Source of the DNA: Antedon mediterranea
Lineage: Eukaryota; Animalia; Echinodermata
NCBI RefSeq assembly: GCF_964355755.1
Contig: NC_092672.1
Location: 22,705,237 to 22,769,236, forward strand
Direction of reading: 5' to 3'
DNA length: 64,000 bases
The translations under genes were made by a program, and so were the position numbers. Positions 24,074-39,200 of the stretch are shown piece by piece. Under the pieces are notes generated by a model that was not told where the DNA came from, made no database searches, and saw only the letters and a program-made list of their open reading frames with translations. Position 1 is the stretch's first letter, and each line of letters opens with the position of its first letter.

Positions 24074-26007
24074 TAATATTGTCTTGATTGACATACAATA
24101 AAATTACACTATACTGCTGTCATAGTACTTGGCTAACAAGCCCTATAGGACTAATATTGTCTTGATTGACATACAATAAAATTACACTATACTGCTGTCA
24201 TAGTACTTGGCTAACAAGCCCTATAGGACTAATATTGTATTGATTGACATACAATAAAATTACACTATACTGATGTCATAGTACTTGGCTAACAAGCCCT
24301 ATAGGACTAATATTGTCTTGATTGACATACAATAAAATTACACTATACTGCTGTCATAGTACTTGGCTAACAAGCCCTATAGGACTAATATTGTATTGAT
24401 TGGCATACAATAACATTACACTATACTGCTGTCATAGTACTTGGCTAACAAGCCCTATAGGACTAATATTGTCTTGATTGACATACAATAAAATTACACT
24501 ATACTGCTGTCATAGTACTTGGCTAACAAGCCCTATAGGACTAATATTGTATTGATTGGCATACAATAAAATTACACTATACTGCTGTCATAGTACTTGG
24601 CTAACAAGCCCTATAGGACTAATATTGTCTTGATTGACATACAATAAAATTACACTATACTGCTGTCATAGTACTTGGCTAACAAGCCCTATAGGACTAA
24701 TATTGTATTGATTGACATACAATAAAATTACACTATACTGCTGTCATAGTACTTGGCTAACAAGCCCTATAGGACTAATATTGTATTGATTGGCATACAA
24801 TAAAATTACACTATACTGCTGTCATAGTACTTGGCTAACAAGCCCTATAGGACTAATATTGTCTTGATTGACATACAATAAAATTACACTATACTGCTGT
24901 CATAGTACTTGGCTAACAAGCCCTATAGGACTAATATTGTATTGATTGACATACAATAAAATTACACTATACTGCTGTCATAGTACTTGGCTAACAAGCC
25001 CTATAGGACTAATATTGTATTGATTGGCATACAATAAAATTACACTATACTGCTGTCATAGTACTTGGCTAACAAGCCCTATAGGACTAATATTGTCTTG
25101 ATTGACATACAATAAAATTACACTATACTGCTGTCATAGTACTTGGCTAACAAGCCCTATAGGACTAATATTGTATTGATTGGCATACAATAAAATTACA
25201 CTATACTGCTGTCATAGTACTTGGCTAACAAGCCCTATAGGACTAATATTGTCTTGATTGGCATACAATAAAATTACACTATACTGCTGTCATAGTACTT
25301 GGCTAACAAGCCCTATAGGACTAATATTGTCTTGATTGACATACAATAAAATTACACTATACTGCTGTCATAGTACTTGGCTAACAAGCCCTATAGGACT
25401 AATATTGTATTGATTGGCATACAATAAAATTACACTATACTGCTGTCATAGTACTTGGCTAACAAGCCCTATAGGACTAATATTGTATTGATTGACATAC
25501 AATAAAATTACACTATACTGCTGTCATAGTACTTGGCTAACAAGCCCTATAGGACTAATATTGTCTTGATTGACATACAATAAAATTACACTATACTGTG
25601 TCATAGTACTTGGCTAACAAGCCCTATAGGACTAATATTGTATTGATTGACATACAATAAAATTACACTATACTGCTGTCATAGTACTTGGCTAACAAGC
25701 CCTATAGGACTAATATTGTATTGATTGGCATACAATAAAATTACACTATACTGCTGTCATAGTACTTGGCTAACAAGCCCTATAGGACTAATATTGTCTT
25801 GATTGACATACAATAAAATTACACTATACTGCTGTCATAGTACTTGGCTAACAAGCCCTATAGGACTATTATTGTATTGATTGACATACAATAAAATTAC
25901 ACTATACTGCTGTCATAGTACTTGGCTAACAAGCCCTATCGGACTAATATTGTATTGATTGGCATACAATAAAATTACACTATACTGCTGTCATAGTAGT
26001 TGGCTAA
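24074..26007. repeat. 78-bp satellite, about 25 copies, between convergent genes
   Basis: Unit TAATATTGT(C/A)TTGATTG(A/G)CATAC...CCCTATAGGAC. No unique spacers. Confidence 0.97.
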
Positions 26008-27284
26008 TTAAATCTAGGAATATTTGCAAAGGAAAATGAACATTAGAAATGATTTTTAGTTGACATGGCATGACAATGTGTAATCTTCAAACATTTCACT
26101 CTCGATGAAATGACAAGAATCCGAGTAACTGACCTGAACTGCCAGGCACACAAAAAATGTCGCCATAAGCTCAGTTCCTTTCAGTTTTGTTCTATTCTTT
26201 TGGGACTGAAAGGAACTAAGTGCAACTTTAAATCATGTCACGACCAGTATAGCAATGAGTTTGTTGTTTCCATATAGGTGTGTTATAATCATAAAGATAG
26301 AATATCTTTGTTGGCTTTATTATATCTATTGGTTATATTTAACCATTATGTCAAGAAATAAAATGGTCAAAATGCGGCCATTTAATAATAACAATGTCTA
26401 GTACTATAGTAACGTTTTCATGCAAATAGGAATGACGAATACAGAACGGCCAGAACAAACATACAATCTTGACTTACTGTATTTCCAATGGGGTTGGAAA
26501 GTTTTTTTAAACTAAGAGAAAAAAAGTAACAAAAAGTTTAAATCCGCAAATTAAATCATATTCCTGAGAATAATTTTTATTTACTGAAATTAAATCGTTA
26601 GTTTTACATGATTTGTTGTCATATTAAATGTTGTGATTCTCTGTGTTTAGAGAAGGATGCTTTAGACCAGGTCCGCCTTATTATTAGCCAATCAAAATCG
26701 TATAATTTTTGGAGGGAAAATGTTATCCTCCTCTGAAGCCTAAAATGTGCATGTCCAGTATAAAAGTAGAATGTAATAGATATTAGAGGAGAAGAGAGAA
26801 TAAGATCAGAGTAGACAAACGGAAAGATGATGATAAAGAGAATTATATATACGCCTGAGAAAGCTCGGAACCAACTAAAATATATATATATAAAATATAT
26901 TCACTACATTTGTTTATAATAAAGATTAATATTTGGATAATTTCATATTTACTCATGGATGAACACCAGCTGAAAGAGCTCCACAATTTGGATTTCATAT
27001 TCATTTACATGAAACTTACTCATGCGTGAAAACCAAATCAAAGCTGAAAGAGCTCAACAAAGACTCTGAATTCTTACAGTGTAATGGATGTTAAGTTTTG
27101 TAATTGTATTATTGTTTGTATTGTGAATACAAATTGGTACGACAGCACACGCATGTAAAAATTGAATTGTGTCAATATTCATTTTTCTTTCAACATATAC
27201 AGTAGACAATTTGCGGCATTTGACACAACCTTGATACTGGTGGTAGTTCCTGGATTAACATACTTAATCCTGACATAAACTGCA

Positions 27285-30200
27285 TTATAGCCTAACTGGA
27301 CCATGATACAGCAAACCAAGTAACACAATACCAAAAGCTATATCAATGGCAGGAGTTGTTGTAACTTGCACAAACTTGTTATTGATGGTAGTAGTTCCTT
27401 GATTTACAGGCTCCCCTTCAACACGTCTACCATTTTGGTGCACACTAACTATTGGTTTATGTGTAGCACATTGTTCATCTGAGCTCTTCTTTTGAGATAT
27501 TTCATCCCCATCTTTCTTTTGTTCAATGTTTACTATGCCTATTGTATTTCCTTCACTTTTACCACTATTACAGTTCAGGTTACCATTTTCATGAAATTGT
27601 ATTCTAGAATTGTTATTTACATTTTCTGGTTCTTCAATTTCATTGATGCTCTTATCGGTAAACTTATCTCTCTTGTCTTGATCTTCAACTTCTTTACTGG
27701 TAAACTTATCTCTCTTGTCTTGATCTTCAACTTCTTTACTGGTAAACTTATCTCTCTTGTCTTGATCTTCAACTTCTTTACTGGTAAACTTACCACTCTT
27801 GTCTTGATCTTCAACTTCTTTGGTGCCATTGCTTGAACTAATCACTGACAGGTTACTGTCAAGAGGTTCATTATCCAATGATACTGCTGACAGTATACCT
27901 TCTGTTAATATGCTATTGTTTTGTTGCGATTGTTCATCATTGCATTCTTGCACATCAGAATCAGCAAACTGGTAAAAATAAATGTTAAATTGTATTAAAT
28001 TGTATCAAGAAAAAAAATATTAGATTAAAAATCATAAACTGAATGTTTATGATTTGAATACGGAGAATATTTCATGAAAATTAACTGATTGACCATTTAA
28101 TGAGGTTGAACCAAGCACAGGCAATCTCTCAGTAAATGAAATATACTCTATTCAACATTATTAGTTTTATAGCACAGTACATATGATGATGTGTTAATTT
28201 AACATCATTAAAGTAAGTACATGTAAATGAGGATGTGTTAGTGATGAAGGAACATACTTCACATTGTAAAGTTTGTTGGTGCAGCGAAGATTGGAAATTG
28301 AGAGTTTTAAGTAAAAGCCTACCTCGTCTGAATTCAATTCATTTAATTGTTCATCTAACTTGCGTTGGTGTAAACGAATTGAATATCCAATCATAGCATA
28401 CTGTATGACACGTGCTGCCTCATGTCGTCTCTTTACATCTTCTCTCACCTTCCAGCCTCTAAAACCTACAACATATCAATTCTAGTTAGTGACAATTAGT
28501 GGCTTGGTTTGGTAACAGCATGATGCCTGCAAGATATTTGTCAAAACACTATGACAATCAATACCTGCTTGAATGATGACCACAGCTGCCTCTTGTTTAC
28601 TTTTGGTTGCCAGGATCTTTCTCCACCACATCTGTATTACACCAGCACTTAAATTGAATTCCTTCAATCTTGCAACTTCAAGTTTATCCAACTAAATGAA
28701 AAATAACGGAATATAATAAATATACAATGATGCAGATTCTTACTTACTTTTTTACAAGCTAAAAGTATTATAATTTGATGCTACAACTTTTTCATAATGT
28801 TATAATAAGATAGGAATCTTACTGATTTTCAATGATTTACACACATTTAACTGGGTAATAATTTTTAATAAAATGGTGTTTTTTAAATTGTGTCAAATTA
28901 ATTGTTCTTTTGATTTATATTTATATACTTTTTTAAAAAGAAAAATGCCTCAATTTTACATAGTTAATTTTGGTGAATTTCCTATCTTATTATTAAGTTA
29001 TACGACAAAAATATTCCTGTAGCACTACTTTTAAAAATAAAGACACTCATTCAGTTCTACTCCACAGGTTTATATTATACAGATATTGCCTGCTTAGAGG
29101 TGAAATATAAAAATTGACATCCCCGAGGGAACGATATTTTTCTCGAGGAACTATATTACATCTGTTATATTAAAATATGTGGCAAAGTGTAAGTAGACTT
29201 GGCTGGGTCGGCTAGCCTAAGTAATAATACTGCCTAGTTCACCTTACCTTGGCGAAAAATGACCGTAAGTCAAATAATTGCTAATGATTCCTTTGCCATA
29301 AAATATTCACTTAAATTAATTAAAATTTAATTTATTCTACTGCAAATATAAAATAATTAAATTATTATTAAACTACTTTTAAAGATGTATTGTCCCCCAA
29401 AAAATGAAAAATAAAGATGAAAAAAATCAAATTTTGAATAGACCGCTTTGTAGTTAACATAAAGTTATTCACTTCCACCGAAAAAAAATCCGAAAAAAAT
29501 ATTGATTTCGCTTATAAAAAAATCAAAATAAGTTTACCATTTTTTCGAACTCATCGGCTCAGAAATTAGGCCGGTAGAGCTAACTCATACATATGCATGA
29601 TATGTTAATGAGCATCCACACAGCAGAGATCTGATCTAACAATGGACGATGCACGTTGTATGTACAACAACACCACCACCACCAGAGATCTGGCCTGATC
29701 GTATAAATATGTAACGCAGAGCTGTTTATTTGTCGGTAAGTAGGCCTAGACGGTTATTTTAAATATAATAATATATATAACGCAATAATATCAGGAAGGT
29801 AAATTAATTAACTTAGCCTGGGATTTTTCCGTTCAGGGCTAGGCCTAGAATAATTATTACATGCTGCTGCATATTACTAGACTAGTAGCAAGCAGACTGT
29901 GACAATCGGGTCCCTGCAGAAGATGCCCAGCTAGGCCCTATACATTGTACTCTTCATAGACTGGCCTAGGCTATATGCCATCAATCTTAGCTACATTCCA
30001 AAAATACAGCCAGCTTGCTGTACCATATATATTTACAGTTGAAGCTTGTTTAACTAATTTTTATGATAAAAATAAAACAAACATTTTTCAGGGAAAATGG
30101 TTGCAATACAAGCCTGAAATTGAGAACCTTCCAGCAGCACTGTACAGTACAAGTAGACAGAGGGGAAAAGCCAGCTTAGCCATTTTACAACACAAACAAA

Positions 30201-33200
30201 TGTTCTCTGTACTGTAGTAAGTCAAATATTTATTTTCTCTTTTTATAAGTTATAACATTATAAGTAATGTGTTTTAATTACCATAGAAAGGTAGTATACT
30301 TATTTGACTATGTCAAAGTAAGCAATTTCACTAGCCCAATTTTGCACTAAATATGCATGATCTATTTTTTCCAGATTTTCATACTTTGCTTTTACTTTGA
30401 GCTGATGAAGACTTGAACAGAGGTCACCCAAAGACAACAATGATAGACTCGGTATTGGAATATGATTGGATATTGCAGGAAAAATATTTGTGACTCTCCT
30501 GCTGCATTCTGCCAATATGTTCTTGTCCAGCTTGTAAAATATTGTATAATTTTTTTTGTATTATATGTACAGTATATTATTTTGTAAACATAACATTCAA
30601 TAAAAAAAAAACTACTACAAACAGTACACAGGATAAATTCTTCAAATTTACTTACACTTCATAATTTTACTGTAAATATTACAGTGCAAAAGGAGTTAAT
30701 AAAATATATATATACAGTATATCTTATTGAATTCCTGTATTGTTTTTTGTGTCAATTTGTCTACTAATTATCAATGTGTTGATTGTGGCAGTAATTACGA
30801 CAGCTATAGTCTTCTAAGATCGCTCACATCCATTACAAAGTGTCATTTTAATAGTAAGAAACGTTTCAATAAATTGTGAATGTTGCCACTGTACGATACA
30901 TTTTATGTTTCTCACTACTTGCTCTTATTGTTCAATCAATCAACCTACAAAAAAAAGAAATTTGTGTCAAAATATCTGCATAAAATGTTTATTTGCGGAA
31001 TGTTAATTTCAACCTATTGCATTTGATACAGAAAATATTTTTAAAATATTGCATCAGTAAAACATCCAAAACAATATTTAGATTTTCTTTTTTTTTTATT
31101 TTCACTGCCGAATAGATAGTTGAAATCTTTAAAAATTAAACCAATTCATCATGATTAAAACAAAAATACATCCCTTCTGGTGGTGGTCTACTGTAGCCCT
31201 AGCTAACAGTGTACTGCCTAGCTAGGCCTACTACACTCTACTTCTAGAGACAGAAGTAGGCAGCAGTTAGGCTACTCGAGACTGTCAGTGGTAGTAGTAG
31301 ACTAGTAGTACAGTAGCAGCAAATTCGGGCCTAGGCCTAGCTAGGCCTCTCCTGTTAGCTTAACAAAAACTCACCTAAATGAATAAGATTCAACATCAAA
31401 GTTACCAACTGTAATTCTAACTTAGCATTCTGCTAGCTATAGTTTTCGTGTTTTCTTCAAGATTCGTCTCGCATCACTACTCGTCGACTCTCTCGCACGC
31501 ATGCATTGCTATCGTTGTTGGCTGTTGATTTGGAAAGCATCATCATCCACACGATGTATCCATACAATATGAATATTTATGAGCTAACTCAGGTCAAGGG
31601 TTACATTAAACCGGAACACATTTGTCTTCCAGACAAATAGCTTCCGGTTGGTTAATTTTTGCATTAAATTGCGATTTTCCCGTGTAAAAAATTATTTTTT
31701 TCAATCCAAATTGAGGTCAAAGTGAATAACTTTTATGTGCAATTAAAATGGCCTATTCAACAAAAATATTGAAAAAAAAAATTTTTTCAGGGGGACAATA
31801 CATCTTTAAGTACCTGTCCCTCTCTTAGGAATATCTTTGTTTTTCCAAACAAAAAGCTTTTCATTTTATTTTCTTTGTCTGCTTCAGCTAAAACCAGATT
31901 CGTAATAACAGCACATTTACTTTTTGTATCCAAATCTTTTACATCTTCTGAGTTTGACCTTATTAATAATTCATACCTCTTAAGAAAATCACTGTACAAC
32001 ATTCTATAAGAAAATTGTCATTATCATTTCAGAATCAAGTATAACAAACAACACACTGGCAAGTATGTTAGTAGGTGTTCAACATGTACAGTATGCACAG
32101 GGATATATATAGTATATATTATAAACAACACACTGGCAAGTATGTTAGTAGGTGTTTAACATGTACAGTATGCACAGGGATATATATAGTATATATTATA
32201 AACAACACACTGGCAAGTATGTTAGTAGGTGTTCAACATGTACAGTATGCACAGGGATATATATAGTATATATTATAAACAACACACTGGCAAGTATGTT
32301 AGTAGGTGTTCAACATGTACAGTATGCACAGGGATATATATAGTATATATTATAAACAACACACTGGCAAGTATGTTAGTAGGTGTTCAACATGTACAGT
32401 ATGCACAGGGATATATATAGTATATATTATAAACATCACAGGCACAGAATAAATTCTATACCGCCCGGTGATATACTGAAATTCAATTAATTAATTTGAA
32501 ACGATGAAGATGAGGAAATCTGTGAGAATGAGAAAAAGTCGCCTCCACCAAGATTCAAACCCGGAACCTTCTGCTTGATGTCCTAACCATTAGACCACTG
32601 GGGCTTTCATGGTATTGTTCAAACTCGATTGGATCGTCGTGGTAAGGCGGTATAGCACTAGTCCCTCAGTTGTACGCACACGCATCAGAGATCAAATTGA
32701 TACGCCCTCATCTTTCAGTATATATATACATATATATATATGTATTGTAAGTCCTAGAGCAAGCTGTTTAATTGGGATTGTAATAGTAACAAACACAGTA
32801 AAATACAAATTACAACAAATAAGAAGGTTGTAACATGTTTAGTGCAACCTATAAAACAATACAACACAACCATTTTAGTTTTTGCTTAATTATTCAATAT
32901 CGAAAACAAACAGGTGTAAGCTGACCTGGTAGGGAAGCCTGTTGCACTGATCTCAATTGTTTCAAGTTAACTTAACTAAACAAGGGTATCCACCAGTCAT
33001 AGATGGGTACATTGTTAGTGCAAAAAGACACAAAACAACAGCTGTGAGCTGAACTGGTAGGGAAGCCTGTTGCAATGATCTCAATTGTTTCAAGTTAACT
33101 TAACTAAACAAGGGTATCAACCAGTCATAGATGGGTACATTGTTAGTATAAAAAGAACACAAAACAATAGCTGTAAGCTGACCTGGTAGGGAAGCCTGTT

Positions 33201-36200
33201 GCACCGATCTCAATTGTTTCAAGAACACCGCAAGCACGTAGTTGATTTATAACATGAACGTTATCAAAGCTGTCTGGTTGACACTCAAGACTTGGTTTGA
33301 TACAGCGGATGTAGTGAGGTGTTGTTTCATGTAAAGTAGCCATAAGACTGTCCAATGAATTCTAAGATATAAGATAGAATTGTTAGATTGTTACCCCGAA
33401 GATTACATGTAAAAACTAAATGGTATCAACCAAAATAAGTATAAGTAAATACAAAATGGATTGAGGAAATATGTCTGATAATCAAAAAAAAAAAATATCT
33501 TGCATATATTTATTATTATAAGTTACATTTTCAACAGAAGTTAAAAAAAAATTGGGAAGAAATAATTTGAGTGATCCTGCAGATGTTTATTTGATTTATT
33601 TCAGCGTCATAAAAAACAATTTACAGATAAATTACAATTAATATAATATACAGGAAACAAAATATGAAACATCAACAATATACAAAAACAGGGATGCTGA
33701 GGAAAACCCATAAAAGTCCTTGTTTCTCCTTTTTTCAAGAAAAAGCAAAAACAACAACAAAGCAAAAAAACCTATCTAAATTCTAAAGCAAGAGCTCAGT
33801 CTTGAAGCTATTTTTCAATACTAAATTCATCAAGAGTCTAAATTAAGTTTTGAATGAGTTTCAACTTTCAGGATTCTGTACCTTAAATTTTGATACCACT
33901 GTAGAAGTCTTTTTGCCTTTTGTTTTACTTGGACTCTGAAAAAAATTCATAAAATTAACATATTTTAGGTTAAACAGAACTATTGACATAACTGACAAGA
34001 TGCAAAGACATTATAAATATCACACATTTATTCGGCATTGTTCTTTGTTTAAAAGTTTCATGATGTAACATTGATGAAGACAGAACTTAAAAAGCAATGG
34101 TATAGTGTTAGTACGGTGTTAGTATGGTGTTACTACATTGTTAGTATGGTGTTACTACAGTGTTAGTATGGTGTTACTACATTGTTAGTATGGTGTTACT
34201 ACATTGTTAGTATGGTGTTACTACAGTGTTAGTATGGTGTTACTACATTGTTAGTATGGTGTTACTACATTGTTAGTATGGTGTTACTACAGTGTTAGTA
34301 TGGTGTTACTACATTGTTAGTATGGTGTTACTACATTGTTAGTATGGTGTTATTACATTGTTAGTATGGTGTTACTACAGTGTTAGTATGGTGTTACTAC
34401 ATTGTTAGTATGGTGTTACTACATTGTTAGTATGGTGTTACTACATTGTTAGTATGGTGTTACTACATTGTTAGTATGGTGTTACTACATTGTTAGAATG
34501 GTGTTACTACATTGTTAGTATTGTGTTACTACAGTGTTAGTATGGTGTTACTACATTGTTAGTATGGTGTTACTACATTGTTAGTATGGTGTTACTACAT
34601 TGTTAGTATGGTGTTACTACAGTGTTAGTTTGATGTTACTATGGTGTTACTACATTGTTAGTATGGTGTTAGTATAGTGTTACTATGGTGTTTAAAAACA
34701 AATGATAAGATCAATCACCTGTAAACTGGTAACATTAGCATCAACTAATTGTTGCACAAACTTCTTGCTGCTAATTTTAAGCAAATCTACAAGTTCTGCT
34801 GGAATACCATCCTAAACACATCAAATGATACACAATAGATTAATTAGTAAATGAACATACACCTGTGAACACTGCACATCAAATCTACAAGTTCTGCTGG
34901 AATACCATCCTAAAAACATCAAATGATACACAATAGATTAATTAGTAAATGAACATTCACCTGTGTACACTGCACATCAAATCTAATGAGCAAATATAAT
35001 GTAATAGCAATAAGGTTTCCATTCAAAGTAAATATTATAGGGATACTCGGAAAAAAAGCCATGGTAATAGGGCAGGAGGGCAAGTTGGTAAATTGATTGT
35101 TCGTTAACTTGATGAAATTGTAATATTGGAGAGCATATGTGGTTAAATAGGTTGAAACACTCTTGTCGTTTTCTAAATTGAATTGTGTTAGTGAACCAAT
35201 TCTTATTTTGATATAAAAACAGAGAAATGTAATACTGTAAGCTGAGAACGTACTCCAGACTGAAAAAAGATGGCAGCCGTAAATGTGTTCAAAAACATTA
35301 TTTAACATAACAAATAATAATCTAATATAATACATTCACATATTCTTGTCAAAGAACAGTGAAGATTTATAAATCGCAATGGAATGAATAAATTCTAGGT
35401 AATCTAGCATTTTTGTATTTGAGGATCATATAGAATGCGTTCACGGTTATACGCTTAACACGCTGCATTGTGTATTGTTCTCACGCAGATAGGCTCAACA
35501 CAGGCATATAGCAGTGCGTACTGCGTAGGGCATATCTGATTGGTCGATTGAAAGCCGCTATTTTGTTGGTTCCCTCTCCATAGAGAATCACCTTTTGAAC
35601 TGCGATAACAGAGCATAATAATAGATAGAGCATTACCTATAGCTACAAACAGCCATTCATACATTTTACTGTGGTATTTATTTTCAGTTATAAGATTATG
35701 AGAAATGAGTTTAAACGAAGCAGATGCACTATTCCATAATTGTAATGCTTTGAGAAACTATTTATGAACTTCTAACCCCCTTTTTTTGTGAATATACTGT
35801 AAAACTGGCTTTCAGTTGTAAGTATATTACCTTATTCTTTTCAATTAGACCATCCACTTGGTACGTAACTTTCTCTGCATAGTGATGCACAACAAAAGCT
35901 GGTGATGTCACTGATATGTGTGCACGAGATAAGCTTGCACTGCTGATGGTGTCATGAAGAAACTCACAAAATGAACTTGGATCTGAATGTCTGTTTAACT
36001 TGCATTGCTATAAACAAGATAAACTTGCAATTAGTTCATAGAAAGTAAATGACATAATAACATGATTGTGATCCTTAGATGGACAGTCTTCACTAAGCAC
36101 AACAACTTGTAGTTTGCAACCGGTTGTGGTGCTACTGTACTTTTGCACCTAACTCACTGGGTAAAAGGTCACTCACCATCACTGATGTGCAGTAGGTGAA

Positions 36201-39200
36201 TATTTTTAAATTGGTGTTAAGCTTGAGGTGCAAAAGTACATCAGCACCAGGTTTTCTAGTGTAAACTAGGCTCAAAAGTCCATTGTTTATCTTCTTACAA
36301 ACGACAGTTTATTTTTATTGAAAGACAAACTATGGTTTGTAAGACAAACTATGCCTGTATGGTAAAAACCACTGTTTCTCAAAATGTCAAATTCAAAATA
36401 GGAAAGAGTTATTATTTTACGACGTACTGTACTACGATTGAGAAAGGCAAATTCTCAATACATCTTTTTTTACAGCAGTTTATCTTTCAATAAAAAGACA
36501 AACTACAGAATACAGGTCTTTTCCAACCATAATTGGCGAAAAACTATGGAATAGCAACACTTACTTGATTCATAAGTGCAAATATACTGATGTTGCCTTC
36601 AATAACATCAAGACATGTTTATTGACAGTGGAATAGCAACACTTACTTGATTCATAAGTGCAAATATACTGATGTTGCCTTCAATAACATCAAGACATAT
36701 TTATTGACAGTGGAATAGCAACACTTACTTGATTCATAAGTGCAAATATACTGATGTTGCCTTCCATAACGTCAAGACATGTTTTATTGTCAGAAAAGTC
36801 TTCAAATTGCCATGGAATTCCCTCAGATTGACAGTCATCCTAGAATAATATAAACATGGCTGTTTAATCAGCAGTATAATTATGTTTATAAAGGTTCATC
36901 ATTATCACTGTTAGAGAAAAAAAGTGAATGATAATTCTCATAAACTTTAATTATTATTGTTATCTTAATTATTTTATATTATATTATAATTATACTTGTA
37001 TTTTGATATTTTTTTTACAAGATTCGTTTGATATAAACTAAAAGAAGTGCCATATTATTTTTCTTCATTTTTTTTTTAAATAAAAGAACTGTTGTTATTA
37101 TCACTCTAATAAAACACCGTAGCACCAACTGTATATTAGCATACTCTATATATAGAAAATAAGTTTGTTGGAATACCTGTTCTGCTTTGAGGAAGTTGTG
37201 CACAAAATGTTGCTGAAGCTTCTCATTTGCATAATTTATGCATAATTGCTCCAAACTGTTAAATGAAAAACTTTCAAATCCGTAGACATCCAGTAGACCA
37301 ATGTAAGACTGCCAACTCCTGGCCATGGTACAGCCATTGATGAATCCAACGAGCCAATCAAAAACTCTGAAACGTTAAACCATAATTTAGTCAGTCTTCA
37401 AAGCTAGTTTTTTTTTGGTAAAACCAAAGTGGGGTTGAAAAAGTTTGCATGTAAACATTTTCTCCTGTTACATACTAACTACATGACAAAGAAAAAAATT
37501 AGGCAGAAAGCAGTCAGGCCATGACAGAAAGAGAGATTAGGCAAGAAAAAAAAATAAATTAAATTAACTAAATATTAGAGTTTGAATGTAATGTATGTTT
37601 ATTTTATTTTTGTGAATGTTTAAAGGTGTATGCAGGATTTGTTGTGGGCAATCCGCCTCGGTGCAGCCCAGCATGCATATGGGGAAGCAAATAAAAGTTA
37701 TTGGATTTGTACAACATCTTCTGTGGGTTTGTTTTGAATGTATAACAGGTCAGTAAAAAGGTAAATACTGCACAACAAGAATCATTTTCAAAAGAATAAA
37801 TAGGTTTCTTTCACTACAAACAAATATAGCTTTAATGTTTGTAAAATACCTGGCATAGAGTAACTTTGCAAGACAATCTCTCCTTGTATGACATTCATCT
37901 TTTAAGCAAGGCTTCATAAAGACACTCTTTCTACGCTTGTGAGATGCAGTGATTTGTCGGAATGCAAGAAATCTAGTTAAGGCATCAACATCAAGACCAA
38001 GTAACTGTGCAGCAGCATTAACAGAGGTGTCAACTCCTGATGAAGCAACATCAATAGTACAACAATATGATATATTGAATAATTAGTAAATTAGAAAATC
38101 TCTCTTTGGCTGAAATATTTTATCAACATTTTTTGAAGATGGAGAAGAATATTAATAAGATTATTTAAGATTTTAAAATGATATAATTATTAACGATATT
38201 TTTTTAGATATTTTTTAACCAACCTACCATAACATTAAGGTATTCCTTATGTCCGTTTTAGTTATTTCTCATATATTATATTATGGTAGAAATAAAAACA
38301 AATAAAAAAATACTTAAAAGATATATATACTGTTGATAGAATATTTTGAATTATAAGTAAACGCCAATTTATTATAAACATAATCTATTAAAACTTTAAG
38401 GTCGCAACTACTTTAAGCTAAACTATAAATACTGTATGCAATCTTAAAGGTCGCAACTACTTTAAGCTAAACTATAAATACTGTATGTATGCAATCTTAA
38501 AGGTTGCAACTACTTTAAGCTAAACTATAAATACTGTATGCAATCTTAAAGGTTGCAACTACTTTAAGCTAAACTATAAATACTGTATGCAAACTTAAAG
38601 GTTGCAACTACTTTAAGCTAAACTATAAATACTGTATGCAATCTTAAAGGTTGCAACTACTTTAAGCTAAACTATAAATACTGTATGCAAACTTAAAGGT
38701 TGCAACTACTTTAAGCTAAACTATAAATACTGTATGCAATCTTAAAGGTTGCAACTACTTTAAGCTAAACTATAAATACTGTATGCAATCTTAAAGGTTG
38801 CAACTACTTTAAGCTAAACTATAAATACTGTATGCAAACTTAAAGGTTGCAACTACTTTAAGCTAAACTATAAATACTGTATGAAAACTTAAAGGTTGCA
38901 ACTACTTTAAGCTAAACTATAAATACTGTATGCAATCTAAAAGGTTGCAACTACTTTAAGCTAAACTATAAATACTGTATGCAATCTTAAAGGTTGCAAC
39001 TACTTTAAGCTAAACTATAAATACTGTATGCAATCTTTTTACTGGTATAATACAGAAAATAATTAAACCCCATAACCTTTATATCATTTACCTTGTTTTT
39101 CAGAATCAATTTCACATGGTCCAGTAACATCATCACTAATAAACTCTACATTTCCAAGATGAAGTATACCACTTAAAACCTACAAATAAACACCTTTTCA

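Noticed and set aside
24074-26007. CRISPR-like regular array
   Set aside because: Head-to-tail units with no unique spacers, no cas genes, eukaryotic context. The same applies to all other arrays.
27492-27836. Plus-strand hydrophobic ORF and alternate-frame Lys-rich ORF
   Set aside because: Shadow frames of the 42-bp coding repeat in the myosin last exon.
32075-32420. Three near-identical 63-aa ORFs
   Set aside because: Translation of the 77-bp tandem repeat.
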